DNA of 64,000 bases from an uncultured cyanobacterium (GTDB lineage: Bacteria; Cyanobacteriota; Cyanobacteriia; Cyanobacteriales; CAWCAG01): NCBI GenBank assembly GCA_963803805.1, contig CAWDOD010000010.1, positions 128,001-192,000 on the forward strand, written 5' to 3'. Position 1 is the first letter of the stretch. Every line of letters starts with the position of its first letter. A model generated the notes under the pieces. It was given only the letters and a program-made list of their open reading frames with translations. It made no database searches and was not told the DNA's origin. Made by a program: the position numbers and the translations under genes. Positions 40,503-50,655 of this stretch are shown piece by piece.

Positions 40503-42518
40503 ATGTCTTACTGGCAACAAATTAGCGGCATTTACCAAAACAACCAGGATCTTATTAATACTCTTCTTTCTGGAACTATTCCCGTAGTTCTTCCTGGCAC
40601 TTTGGGATTAATTTGGTGGTTAAGACAGCAGAACCGCGATCGCTTACTCCCTCCCAACCGCTATCCTTTTGAGATTATCTCCCCAGGAAAAAATCTTTTA
40701 GCAAAATTGGTGGGAGGAGAAGAAAAAGATCCTTTAGCCGATGCCCGTATTCCCTACCAAAAACGCATTGCAGGGCGAGATATAAAAGAGGAGTTAGAAG
40801 CACAACTAGAAGCAGAGCGTTGGTTATTAATTATAGCAAGAACAGGGGTAGGAAAAACGCGAGAAGCTGCCGAATTAGCACAACTTTATAGTAGCAATGG
40901 TTGGACAATTTTGTATCCTAAGTTAGGGGAATGGTTAGATGTACCGACGCGGGAACAATTAGGAGAAATTGGTACTAACCGCAAGTTGCTATTTTTCCTT
41001 GATGATTTGAATCAACGGATGTATTTTGGGCAAGATGAGTTATCACCACGGGCAGAAAAATCTCCTTTAGAACCTTTGAATGTTCCTTTACAATTACGTT
41101 TATTGCGGGCATTAGAAGCATACGAAAAGTTTTGTGGTAGTGGAGAAATTCGCATCGTTGCTACCGCTAGAAATGAGAAACAACCAGACTATCCAGGGGA
41201 ACCTAGTGCTTGGGAAAAGTTACAATGGGAAAAGTATCCTCAATTATGGCAACGTTTTGCTGTTTATGAATTACCAGAACCAGAAGATGAAGCGATAATT
41301 AAGTTATTGCAAGCCACAGTCAATCAAAGTAAAATTTCTGCTCAAGCTGAAGATTATCCCCAAATAGCAAGGAGAAATGATTGTACTTTTCGCAATATTG
41401 TCGAAAATTTGCGTAACTTAAAAAGCCGCCATTTGCCCTTAACCATAGATAATTATCGAGACACTTTAAAAACCACTTGGCGTAAGCGTTACGAAGAAGT
41501 AACTAATAAGTATCCCTTGGCTATTTATGTTTACGATGCTATAGATTTATTAGAGCAATTCAATTTACCGTTACAGCATTTTATTATTGAACCAACTGCT
41601 CGATTAATCATCAAAGAAAACTCTCAACTTTGGCAACGCTACACTTTTCGCCGTACCTTAGATTATCTCATTGAATCGGAACGTATTCTTACTCCTAGGG
41701 ATGGACAAATTGAGTCAAAAGGAAACCATGTTAAAGTAAAAGAATATCTTCCTGGTTTAACAAAAGTAGTTTTAGAAGTCACTGAAAAACATCCCGAAGA
41801 GATGCTAATATATTTACTCAACTTTGGGGTCAAACTAAGTAACTTAAATCATCAACAAGAAGCCTTAATAACTTTTGAGAAAGGGACAAAAATAGCACCT
41901 CAACTCTTTATTATTTGGTACAATCAGGGCATTATTCTGCGGAAATTAGAACGCTATGAAGATGCGATCGCCTCCTATGATCAGGCTTTGGAAATTAAGC
42001 CAGAAGCTTACGAAGTTTGGAATAATCGTGGTATTGCTTTAAGGAAGCTAAGTAAGTTTGTTGAAGCAGTAGCTTCTTTTGACGAAGCTTTAAAACTCGA
42101 ACCATTACTAGATAAGGCTTGGTACAATCGCGGTATCGCCCTACGGGGGTTGGGAAAAACGGAAGCTGCCATTGCCTCCTATAACAAAGCTTTAGCCATT
42201 AAGCCTCAATTTGCAGAAGCTTGGTATAATCGCGGTATTTTATTAAAAAAATTAGGCAAATTAGAAGCTGCGATCGCTTCTTATAACCGAGTGTTAAAAC
42301 TCCAACCTAACCATGCTGCAACCTTATATAATCGCGCCTGTATTTACGTTTCACTTAATAAAATAGAACCTGCATTAAAAGATTTACAACAAGCTTTAAG
42401 CTTAAATCGTGATAAATACCAAGGGATGGTAGAAAATGATCGTAATTTTGATAAATTGGGAACAAATGAAGAATTTCAAAAGCTAGTTGGTAGTAGGGAT
42501 AAAAATAAAAATTTATAA
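40503..42518 (+). CDS. N-terminal TM + P-loop NTPase + TPR repeat protein (STAND-like)
   Basis: ARTGVGKT, LLFFLDD, IVATAR, repeated WYNRGIAL...AIASY..AL TPRs. Confidence 0.85.
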   Translation: MSYWQQISGIYQNNQDLINTLLSGTIPVVLPGTLGLIWWLRQQNRDRLLPPNRYPFEIISPGKNLLAKLVGGEEKDPLADARIPYQKRIAGRDIKEELEAQLEAERWLLIIARTGVGKTREAAELAQLYSSNGWTILYPKLGEWLDVPTREQLGEIGTNRKLLFFLDDLNQRMYFGQDELSPRAEKSPLEPLNVPLQLRLLRALEAYEKFCGSGEIRIVATARNEKQPDYPGEPSAWEKLQWEKYPQLWQRFAVYELPEPEDEAIIKLLQATVNQSKISAQAEDYPQIARRNDCTFRNIVENLRNLKSRHLPLTIDNYRDTLKTTWRKRYEEVTNKYPLAIYVYDAIDLLEQFNLPLQHFIIEPTARLIIKENSQLWQRYTFRRTLDYLIESERILTPRDGQIESKGNHVKVKEYLPGLTKVVLEVTEKHPEEMLIYLLNFGVKLSNLNHQQEALITFEKGTKIAPQLFIIWYNQGIILRKLERYEDAIASYDQALEIKPEAYEVWNNRGIALRKLSKFVEAVASFDEALKLEPLLDKAWYNRGIALRGLGKTEAAIASYNKALAIKPQFAEAWYNRGILLKKLGKLEAAIASYNRVLKLQPNHAATLYNRACIYVSLNKIEPALKDLQQALSLNRDKYQGMVENDRNFDKLGTNEEFQKLVGSRDKNKNL

Positions 42519-42520
42519 AT

Positions 42521-45149
42521 TTAAAACAAGCTTTGTTGCTGAATTAACTTGGCGATTAATGCTGTCCAGCCAGTTTGGTGACTAGCCCCTAAACCTGCCC
42601 CGTTGTCACCATGGAAGTACTCGTAAAAGAGAATGAGGTTGCGCCAATGGGGGTCTTGCTGAAACTTTTCTAAATCCCCATAGAGGGGACGTTGCTGTTT
42701 TTCGTCTCTTAAAAAGATGCGGATCAGTCTTTGGGATATGTCTGAGGCCACTTCCCAGAGGTTTTTGAATTGCCCTGATCCGGTGGGACATTCTACTTTA
42801 AAGTCATCCCCGAAATAGTGATGGAATTTTTGCAAAGATTCAATGAGGAGAAAGGTGAGGGGAAACCAAATCGGGCCACGCCAATTGGAGTTACCGCCAA
42901 ATTGATCTGTAGTGGACTCGGCAGGTTCGTAGTCTACTTGATACTGGCTACCATCCCATTTAAAGATGTAAGGATGTTCCTGATGATAGCGAGAGAGGGA
43001 ACGAATACCATAGGGAGAGAGGAACTCTTTCTCATCAAGCAAGCGGGTTAACAAGCGCCGGAGTTCATCAGGATGGGTTAAAGATAGCAACCGCCTGGCC
43101 CCTTTGCCGGGACAGTCCATACTAGCAATGTTTTTAGCTAAGTCCGGGCGGTGGGATAAAAACCAGTCAATTTGTTCTTTGAACTCTGGGATAATCTCTA
43201 ACAAGTCGGGTTCAAGGGTTTCTACGGCCAATAAGGGGGTTAGTCCTACGATGGAACGCACTTTCAGTAAGCAGCAGCGACCGCTTGGTAAATTTAAAGC
43301 ATCGTAGTAGAAACCATCTTCTTCATCCCAAAGGGGCATTTGCTGGCGACCAACATTGTTGATAGCATCGGCAATATAGATGAAGTGTTCAAAGAATTTG
43401 AGAGCCATATCGCTATAGATTTGATCTTCCCGACTTAGTTCAAGTGCGATCGCCAGCATATTAAGAGAAAATAATCCCATCCAAGCCGTACCATCAGCTT
43501 GTTCTAGTTCTCCTCCTGTGGGTAAGGGTTTGTTGCGATCAAAAACACCAATGTTATCTAGTCCCAGGAATCCCCCGGTAAAAATATTATCCCCGTGGGG
43601 ATCTTTACGATTAATCCACCAAGTAAAGTTGAGTAAGAGACGATGAAACATCCGTTCTAAGAAATGGCGATCGCCTTTACCAACGCGCTTCTTTTCAATT
43701 TTATAAACTCGCCAAGCAGCCCAAGCTTGAACAGGGGGATTAACATCCCCGAAAGCCCATTCATAGGCGGGTAATTGGCCGTTGGGGTGCATATACCATT
43801 GGCGGGTGAGAAGAAGGAGTTGCCTCTTAGCAAAATCGGCATCTATTATAGCCATTGGTAGGCAGTGAAAAGCTAAATCCCAAGCTGCAAACCAAGGATA
43901 TTCCCAGGTATCTGGCATGGAAATTACTTCTTCAGCGTAGAGACTTTGCCAGTCAGAGTTACGACCATCCAGACGGCTATCAGGTGGTTGTAGTTGAGCC
44001 GAATCCCCCTGCAACCAGGTTTTAACATCATAGCAATAATATTGCTTGCACCATAATAACCCGGCGAGGGGCCTGTCGTTGTACGTTGCAAGAGTCGGCA
44101 TCAAGGTTGGGAGTTAAGCTGTGGTAAAATTCATCGGCTTCCCCTTGACGTTGTGAGAAAATGTCTTTGAATTCTTGGTTAAAAGGGTTATCTAGTTGCC
44201 GATCTACAAATCGCAACTCCACAACTTTAGTTTCCCCTGCTGCAATTTCTAAATGATAATGGGCCGCTGCTTTCGTTCCTAGCTGATTAGGATTAACCGC
44301 CTCCTTTTCCCCCTTAATAATATAGTTGTGGAAAGCATCTTTAACATAGGGGGAAGCATTAGCTACACCCCAGAGACGCTGTTGGTTAGTCTCGTTATTG
44401 GTAAATAGTAGGGGGGGTTGTTCTTGACAATATAAGAAGCGATTACCATATTTAGGATTGTAGGCTTTAACTATTCCCTCCGCTAACTTAGTTACCTGGG
44501 CTTTTGGTTTGTCCCCCGTCCACGACCAAGTATTGCGAAACCACAAAGTAGGTATTAAGTCAAGCTTAGCTATTTCTGGGCCTCGGTTAGTAATGCTGAA
44601 GCGAATACAAATATCTTCCGGACTAACTTTGGCATACTCCGCCACCACATCAAAGTAGCGATCGCCAGTAAAGATGCCCGTATCAAGCAACTCAAACTCC
44701 CTAGCTTCTTTGCTCCTGCGCCCATTTTCTGCCACTAGTTGAGTATAGGGAAACTCCTGTTGGGGGTACTTATATAACCAGCGCATATAAGCATGACTAG
44801 GGGTATTATCCAAGTAAAAATAGTATTCCTTAACATCTTCCCCATGATTGCCCTCATTATTAGTTAAACCAAACAAGCGTTCTTTTAAAATGGGGTCTTG
44901 GCCATTCCACAAAGCCAATGCAAAGCAAATTTGACCATGGCGATCGCAGAACCCACCTAAGCCATCTTCACCCCAACGATAAGCCCGCGATCGCGCCTGA
45001 TCATGGGAAAAATAATCCCAAGCTGCACCATCAGCAGAATAATCTTCTCGAACAGTACCCCACTGACGTTCACTTAAGTAGGAACCCCAGCGATTCCAGT
45101 GGGCTTGGAGTTGAGTATTTTCCTGAATTCTTTGCTGTTCAGCGTTCAT
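42521..45149 (-). pseudogene. MGH1-like/GH63 glucosidase split by a +1 frameshift (true lesion or sequencing error)
   Basis: [48 protein letters not shown]; deleting one G at 44068-44071 restores VQRQALAGLLW. Confidence 0.85.
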
Positions 45150-45198
45150 GATTTAACGGTTATTTTGAATAAAAAAAAATGATTAAGTGTAAATATTT

Positions 45199-45813
45199 TT
45201 AGGTTCGCCAAAGATAGAGTAAGGAGAATAAAATTACCCAAATACCATCAACAAAGTGCCAAAATAAAGATACACAAGTAACTCCGTAGTGACCGCGACT
45301 ATAGTTACTAGAAACAAAAGAACGAACTAACATCAGCATTTGTAAAAAGATGCCAATAGTAATATGTAAAGCATGAAAACCAGTTAACAGAAAAAAGGTT
45401 GCACCGACCAAACCTGTAGATAGTTTAAAATCAAGTCCCTGCCATTCTTTAAGTGTACCGGCTAAAAAGTACGCTCCCATTACTGAAGTAGTTAGCCACA
45501 ATAGGCGAAATAACCATAAATGATGCTTTTTGAGAGCCTGTTCTGCAAAATAAATAACTAAACTACTAGAAAGAAGAATAATAGTATTAATTATTATCGG
45601 CGTAGATAATTCTGGCCCTAAAACTCCAGGAGGTAGCCATTGAGAAGTAGTTGAGCGCAGTATAATATAGGTCAGTAAAAAACTGACAAAGACCATACTT
45701 TCCGAGAGCAAAAAGATGGTGAAACCAAATAGGACATTACCTTTTCGTTGCTCTTTTTTGCTACTGGGTTCGTTGGGAGGAATACCAGAGGATTGCTCAA
45801 TAGAACTTGTCAT
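45199..45813 (-). CDS. ctaE: Heme-copper oxidase subunit III (ARTO type)
   Basis: FLLSESM, NTIILLSSS, LTGFHALH, FWHFVDGIW. Confidence 0.93.
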   Translation of the reverse strand: MTSSIEQSSGIPPNEPSSKKEQRKGNVLFGFTIFLLSESMVFVSFLLTYIILRSTTSQWLPPGVLGPELSTPIIINTIILLSSSLVIYFAEQALKKHHLWLFRLLWLTTSVMGAYFLAGTLKEWQGLDFKLSTGLVGATFFLLTGFHALHITIGIFLQMLMLVRSFVSSNYSRGHYGVTCVSLFWHFVDGIWVILFSLLYLWRT

Positions 45814-45833
45814 AATTTAGATTGTTTTCATGG

Positions 45834-45948
45834 TAAGTAGTCGTAGAAAATTATTTGTATATTTACTATTTAGTTATATATCAACTGTTCCCTATTGCCT
45901 ATTCCCTACCCCAACAAAATGTTAAATTAATTATTGCTCAAGTACTTA
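45834..45948. repeat. MITE-like element with TAAGTA...TACTTA ends and internal heptamer repeats
   Basis: Imperfect terminal IRs; internal TGTTCCC-TATTGCC-TATTCCC. Confidence 0.55.
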
Positions 45949-45954
45949 TGTGGT

Positions 45955-46057
45955 TAAGCTGATGTGCATTTAAACTATGTATTACTCAACTAGGAAATAA
46001 GCCCTAAAACCCTCCCCCCATCAAACCTAATAAGTAAATTAAATGCCTGACAGCTTA
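45955..46057. repeat. MITE-like element with TAAGCTG-N4-GCATTTAA terminal IRs
   Basis: Left TAAGCTGATGTGCATTTAA; right TTAAATGCCTGACAGCTTA; right end coincides with ctaD stop. Confidence 0.65.
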
Positions 46058-47734
46058 CTTACCATGTCTGCCAATTGCCTCTTCATCACTTGTATCAACT
46101 GTAGAATATTGCGGTAGACCATAGCTATAAGGAGCTAAGGTAACTCTAGGAATTTGTTCAAAATTTTCTTTTGGCGGTGGTGAAGTAGTTGTCCATTCTA
46201 ACCCTGTAGCGTGCCAAGGGTTGTTTGCTGCTGACTCGCCGTTGAGCCAGGAAGCAACCATATTGGCGATAAAGGGCAAAGTGGCCATTCCTAATAAAAA
46301 TGCCCCAAGACTAGCAACAATGTTTCCTCCTGCATACGGAGGGTCATAGGAGGAGATGCGGCGTACCATTCCTTGCAGTCCTAAAGGGAACATCATTGGG
46401 AAAAAAGTTAGGTTTGCACTGATGAAAGTTAGCCAGAAGTGAATTTTTCCCCAAGCTTCGTGATACATCCGTCCAGTCATTTTGGGAAACCAAAAATAGA
46501 TGGCGGCGAATATCGCCATGGTGATGGTGTTAAAGACAATGTAGTGAAAATGCCCCACCACGAAGTAAGTATTATTGACGTGCAGATCAAAGGCCAATGA
46601 ACCCAGCATGATGCCAGTGATGCCACCAATCATAAACATAATAATCCCCCCCAGAGCAAAGAGCATCGGTGTATCTAGATGTAGCTTACTTCTCCATACT
46701 GTAGCTGTCCAAGCAAAAACCTTAATTCCCGTCGGCACGGCAACTAACATAGTTGTGAACATAAAGAGGATTCGCATCCAACTAGGAGTACCACTAGCAA
46801 ACATATGATGTACCCAGACTACAGCACTAAATATAGATATACCAAAAGAAGCGATCGCAACTGATTTATAACCAAACAAGGGGTTACGAGTGAAGGCAGG
46901 AAGAATTTCTGAAAACACCCCAAAAGCAGGCAAGACCATCACGTAAACCGCAGGATGGGAGTAAAACCAAAAGAGGTGCTGGTAGAGAACAGGATCTCCC
47001 CCGGTTGCGGGATTGAAAAAGTTTGTACCAAAACAAAGGTCGAAAAATAGCATGATTGCTGCACCAGTTAAAGCGGGTAAACAAAATAGCTGCAATAGCT
47101 GGGCGCTAAGTACTGTCCAGACGAAGATCGGCATTTTAAAAGGAGTCATGCCAGGGGCGCGCATTCTGACAATGGTAGAGACAAAGTTGACTCCTCCCAT
47201 AATTGAAGATACGCCGATCAAAACAACACTCAGTAGCCAAATCGTTTCGCCATTAATGAGTTTACCTGAAGGATTTTGAATACTTACAGGGGGATAAGAC
47301 CACCATCCCGCCTGGGCTGAACCACTAGGCAACAAAAAGCTGGATATTAGCAAAACTCCCGCGACAGGTATAATCCAAAAAGCGATCGCATTCAATTTTG
47401 GAAAGGCCATATCCTTGGCCCCAATCATCAAAGGAATTAAATAGTTAGCTAAGCCTACTTGGGAAGGGATGATCCACAAGAAAATCATCACCGTACCATG
47501 GAGGGTATACAAGCCGTTATAAAGAGTGCGATCAACTAAATCGGATACAGGGGTAATCAATTCCGCCCGCAGGATCATCGACATGATGCCAGCGATGAGA
47601 AAGAAGATAAAAGTCGTGACGAGATACTGAATGCCAATCACTTTATGGTCAGTATTAAAGCTAAAGTAGCGTTTCCAGCTATCTTGAGAAGCTTCAGACT
47701 CGCCAATATTTGTCAGATTTGAATTAACTGTCAT
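46055..47734 (-). CDS. ctaD: Heme-copper oxidase subunit I (ARTO/CtaDII type)
   Basis: TDHKVIG, LHGTVMIF, FWFYSHPAVY, VWVHH, HVNNTYFVVGHFHY (Mg-site D replaced by N). Confidence 0.96.
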   Translation of the reverse strand: MTVNSNLTNIGESEASQDSWKRYFSFNTDHKVIGIQYLVTTFIFFLIAGIMSMILRAELITPVSDLVDRTLYNGLYTLHGTVMIFLWIIPSQVGLANYLIPLMIGAKDMAFPKLNAIAFWIIPVAGVLLISSFLLPSGSAQAGWWSYPPVSIQNPSGKLINGETIWLLSVVLIGVSSIMGGVNFVSTIVRMRAPGMTPFKMPIFVWTVLSAQLLQLFCLPALTGAAIMLFFDLCFGTNFFNPATGGDPVLYQHLFWFYSHPAVYVMVLPAFGVFSEILPAFTRNPLFGYKSVAIASFGISIFSAVVWVHHMFASGTPSWMRILFMFTTMLVAVPTGIKVFAWTATVWRSKLHLDTPMLFALGGIIMFMIGGITGIMLGSLAFDLHVNNTYFVVGHFHYIVFNTITMAIFAAIYFWFPKMTGRMYHEAWGKIHFWLTFISANLTFFPMMFPLGLQGMVRRISSYDPPYAGGNIVASLGAFLLGMATLPFIANMVASWLNGESAANNPWHATGLEWTTTSPPPKENFEQIPRVTLAPYSYGLPQYSTVDTSDEEAIGRHGK

Positions 47735-48338
47735 ATTTTGGGTTATCAACTATTGGTTTTGCTTCAGCTTGCTCCAAATTCTCTTGCAAAATATCGAGGA
47801 CAATCTGGGGATCGGTTGCCTGCTGCATAATTTGGGCTTCTTGATCATAGCGATCGCGTATAGTGGGAATATCTGTTCTCAATTTTTCTACTAACTCAAT
47901 TAATTTGGCAATTTTTTGTTCTGTTAACAAATTGATTTGTAAGATCAAATGAGAACGTTGTTCAGCTAGTTTATTTTGACGAGTTTGTTGTACTAATACT
48001 CCTGTAGCAATTAGCAAAGCAGCAGTGTCTACTCCCATATTTTGTAGCTCGAATTTAGGGAAACCAAATGGTAACAGTTGTGGTGCTAGATGGCTGCACA
48101 AACCCCAGCTAGCAAAGAATAATAGCTGTAAATACAAAAATTCTGATTTGCTGAAGAAAGCAGCTATCTTTTCAATCAGGCGCTCATGTAGAGGTAGCTT
48201 ATTTTCCTGTTTGGCTTGAAAGCCAATTATTGTCTCTATATTTTTGACAACTTGTTCCGATAAAGGATACTTCTCTCCGTTAAGATTAAAAGACTTCGCT
48301 GGCAGAGAAGTTAAAGATGGTTGCTCAGGAGAAATCAT
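47724..48338 (-). CDS. DUF1003-like membrane protein
   Basis: ERL.EKIAAFF, two TM helices, LVQQTRQ...LQINLLTEQKIAKLI. Confidence 0.75.
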   Translation of the reverse strand: MISPEQPSLTSLPAKSFNLNGEKYPLSEQVVKNIETIIGFQAKQENKLPLHERLIEKIAAFFSKSEFLYLQLLFFASWGLCSHLAPQLLPFGFPKFELQNMGVDTAALLIATGVLVQQTRQNKLAEQRSHLILQINLLTEQKIAKLIELVEKLRTDIPTIRDRYDQEAQIMQQATDPQIVLDILQENLEQAEAKPIVDNPKYDS

Positions 48339-48377
48339 ACAGTTAAGATCCTTGTTTTTGGTAAAGAGTATAAGCTT

Positions 48378-49280
48378 TCAAAATTTTCTATTTTCAGAAG
48401 CTACTAAAGGTGAGTATGGTTCAACAGTTTTCCAGTTGCTTTTGATTAGTTGTTGAGGTTTGTGGGCGTGTTCTGTGGCTGCCAAGTTTGGCTGCATCCC
48501 TTTGTGCGCAGCCGACTGCAACCACTGACTGTAGGCTTGGGGGGAATCCACATATACATCTGCTTCCATCAAAGCGAAATACGTCCCGCTAAACTGAGAA
48601 TCGTGAAGCTTATATTTACCTTCAGTTATCGGGGTAAAAGTAAAATCAAGAATATGATCAGGAATAATATCTTGTTTAAAGCGGAATTCGGGAACGTAAA
48701 AACCGTGAATTACATCCTCTGACTCAAAGATAAGATGCACAGGTTTATTTTGTGGTAAGTGCAGTTCAGAGGTTGTGATATTTTCTTGGAGATAGCGAAA
48801 ATTCCACTCCCATTGTTTAGCATTTACTTCAATTTCTTCTACAGAATTAGGAACTGTTTGAGTGACTAAGGGGGTATCTGGATTATTTGCAGCATTTGAG
48901 TCCATTATTGTATTCAACCCTTCAATGTTTAACTTCTGATAAATATGAAAGTTTTGCCAAGCAATCCATAAGACTAAGACCGTAGGTATGGCAGTCCAGA
49001 GAAATTCCAAAGTGTTGTTGCCTCTGGCTGGGTGTCCTTCAGTGTAGTCATTTGGGGCTGCCCGACAGGTGATAATTGAAAAAACCATCATGCCCACAAC
49101 GCCAAAAAAAACAACCGCCCCCAAGGTTACCAAAAAGCTAAACAAATCATCAACGTGCTGGGCTTCTGCGGTGGCTGCGGTTGGCATCCAAGAGTATGCC
49201 TGTTGTCCCAACCAGTAACTAACTATAATACTTGCTGCAACACTAATTAAGATGGCAATTTTTTCTAAGGTGTTATTCAT
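48378..49280 (-). CDS. ctaC: Heme-copper oxidase subunit II lacking CuA cysteines (ARTO/CtaCII)
   Basis: LEFLWTAIP, QWEWNFRY, DVIHGFYVP; CxExCGxxHxxM replaced by DSQFSGTYFALM. Confidence 0.93.
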   Translation of the reverse strand: MNNTLEKIAILISVAASIIVSYWLGQQAYSWMPTAATAEAQHVDDLFSFLVTLGAVVFFGVVGMMVFSIITCRAAPNDYTEGHPARGNNTLEFLWTAIPTVLVLWIAWQNFHIYQKLNIEGLNTIMDSNAANNPDTPLVTQTVPNSVEEIEVNAKQWEWNFRYLQENITTSELHLPQNKPVHLIFESEDVIHGFYVPEFRFKQDIIPDHILDFTFTPITEGKYKLHDSQFSGTYFALMEADVYVDSPQAYSQWLQSAAHKGMQPNLAATEHAHKPQQLIKSNWKTVEPYSPLVASENRKF

Positions 49281-49316
49281 ATAATACAGTTAGTAGCCTG
49301 AAGAGCTTGAAAATAA

Positions 49317-49922
49317 TTATTTAAGAATCATATTGGGATTTTTGCCCTCTTGCAACAACCCCGCAGCCGTATTGTGAATAGCAAACTCATTCCCCATTTG
49401 CGCTCCTAAAGTACCATGAACAAAGAGAAGGGCAAACATCAACAAGCCAACTAATAAATAACTCCACTGCACTTGTCTTACCTTGTGTTTACGCCAATGG
49501 TAACGCTGATAACCCCGCCACAAAGTTAAACCGGCGATCGCAGCCAACAACAAAACTCCGCCAATCCCATGCCAAAGAATGGTTGTACCTGCCCCCAAAC
49601 CCCAGATACTTTTTTTAGTAACAGAAGGTTGAGCTAGCATAATCTCAAAAAAACCGGCTGCTACAGTAAAAAAGGTAATCACAGCAGCAGCGACTAAATT
49701 ATACCAGCCTAAATCATAAAAACCGGTGCGAGTTGCCCTTAAACCTAACAACTTAAGAATGGGCTTTTCTAGAGGAAATAGGGTTCCTGCCCAATCAAAA
49801 ATGACGGCAATAATAAAGAGTCCCAGGGTAAAGTGAACCAGTAGGGGATGAATAGGAAACTCATAGGGCAAACCGTTTGCACCTATATTTAATCCTAATT
49901 GCTTAATTAACTGTTCGTTCAC
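49317..49922 (-). CDS. DUF2231-family membrane protein
   Basis: PIHPLLVHFTLGLF, WYNL, HGIGG, HGTLGA; in the ARTO operon. Confidence 0.82.
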   Translation of the reverse strand: MNEQLIKQLGLNIGANGLPYEFPIHPLLVHFTLGLFIIAVIFDWAGTLFPLEKPILKLLGLRATRTGFYDLGWYNLVAAAVITFFTVAAGFFEIMLAQPSVTKKSIWGLGAGTTILWHGIGGVLLLAAIAGLTLWRGYQRYHWRKHKVRQVQWSYLLVGLLMFALLFVHGTLGAQMGNEFAIHNTAAGLLQEGKNPNMILK

Positions 49923-50413
49923 TATAAAATTCCTTCTTGGGCAGCTTGTACCACAGGTTCAATATGCAGCCCGTAAACCCAAACCAAACGAGTACCAAGG
50001 TAAACCTGAAAAGTTACCAAAAAAACTAAAATTGTGGCTACTCCTAAATAAGCAGGAGGAATTTTTTTAGCATGACGAATCCGAATAACAAACCGCCAAG
50101 CAGTGACCGCCACAATAATACCTGCTAATGACCAACCGATTATGGTATGTAAATTTAATACGGGTTTTACTGCCTCATAAGGTTGAGCTAAACCTGCTTC
50201 AAACTGACCCACAATAATCGCTAGAAATATCGATACCGAAGCGACAAACAGATTCCAAAAACTTACCTCAAACATCTTGATATTATGAGTTAAATAGCCT
50301 ACTACATCGCAAAAGAAAGAGAAAAAAACCATGGCGATGACAAAGTGAACAATAATAGGATGAAGAGGATCAGGATAGGGTAAATTGCTACTGTTTAAAG
50401 ACAAATTAAACAT
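49922..50413 (-). CDS. DUF2231-family membrane protein
   Basis: LHPIIVHFVIAM, FWNL, HTIIGW, LGTRLVWVYG. Confidence 0.82.
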   Translation of the reverse strand: MFNLSLNSSNLPYPDPLHPIIVHFVIAMVFFSFFCDVVGYLTHNIKMFEVSFWNLFVASVSIFLAIIVGQFEAGLAQPYEAVKPVLNLHTIIGWSLAGIIVAVTAWRFVIRIRHAKKIPPAYLGVATILVFLVTFQVYLGTRLVWVYGLHIEPVVQAAQEGIL

Positions 50414-50655
50414 AGTTTATATGGCTAAAAACAAGCCAGAGGGAGAATCATTTTTATTTTCTCATGCTTTATTAATCTATATCAAGAATGAATACATAGT
50501 CCACTTAAATTTAGATAAGAAGACCGCCAAATCTTTACCTGCTGTCCCCCTCAATCGCTTCTATCACAGGGAAGATAAATAGTTTCATGGGATCAATAAC
50601 GATCACATATGTAGACAAAAACTCTAGAATTAAAAAGTAAATATACTTCCCATAA

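Noticed and set aside
44040-44110. Programmed ribosomal frameshift in GH63 (also considered for MFS and VOC)
   Set aside because: No slippery heptamer or stimulatory structure seen; single-base errors at methylation motifs explain them better.
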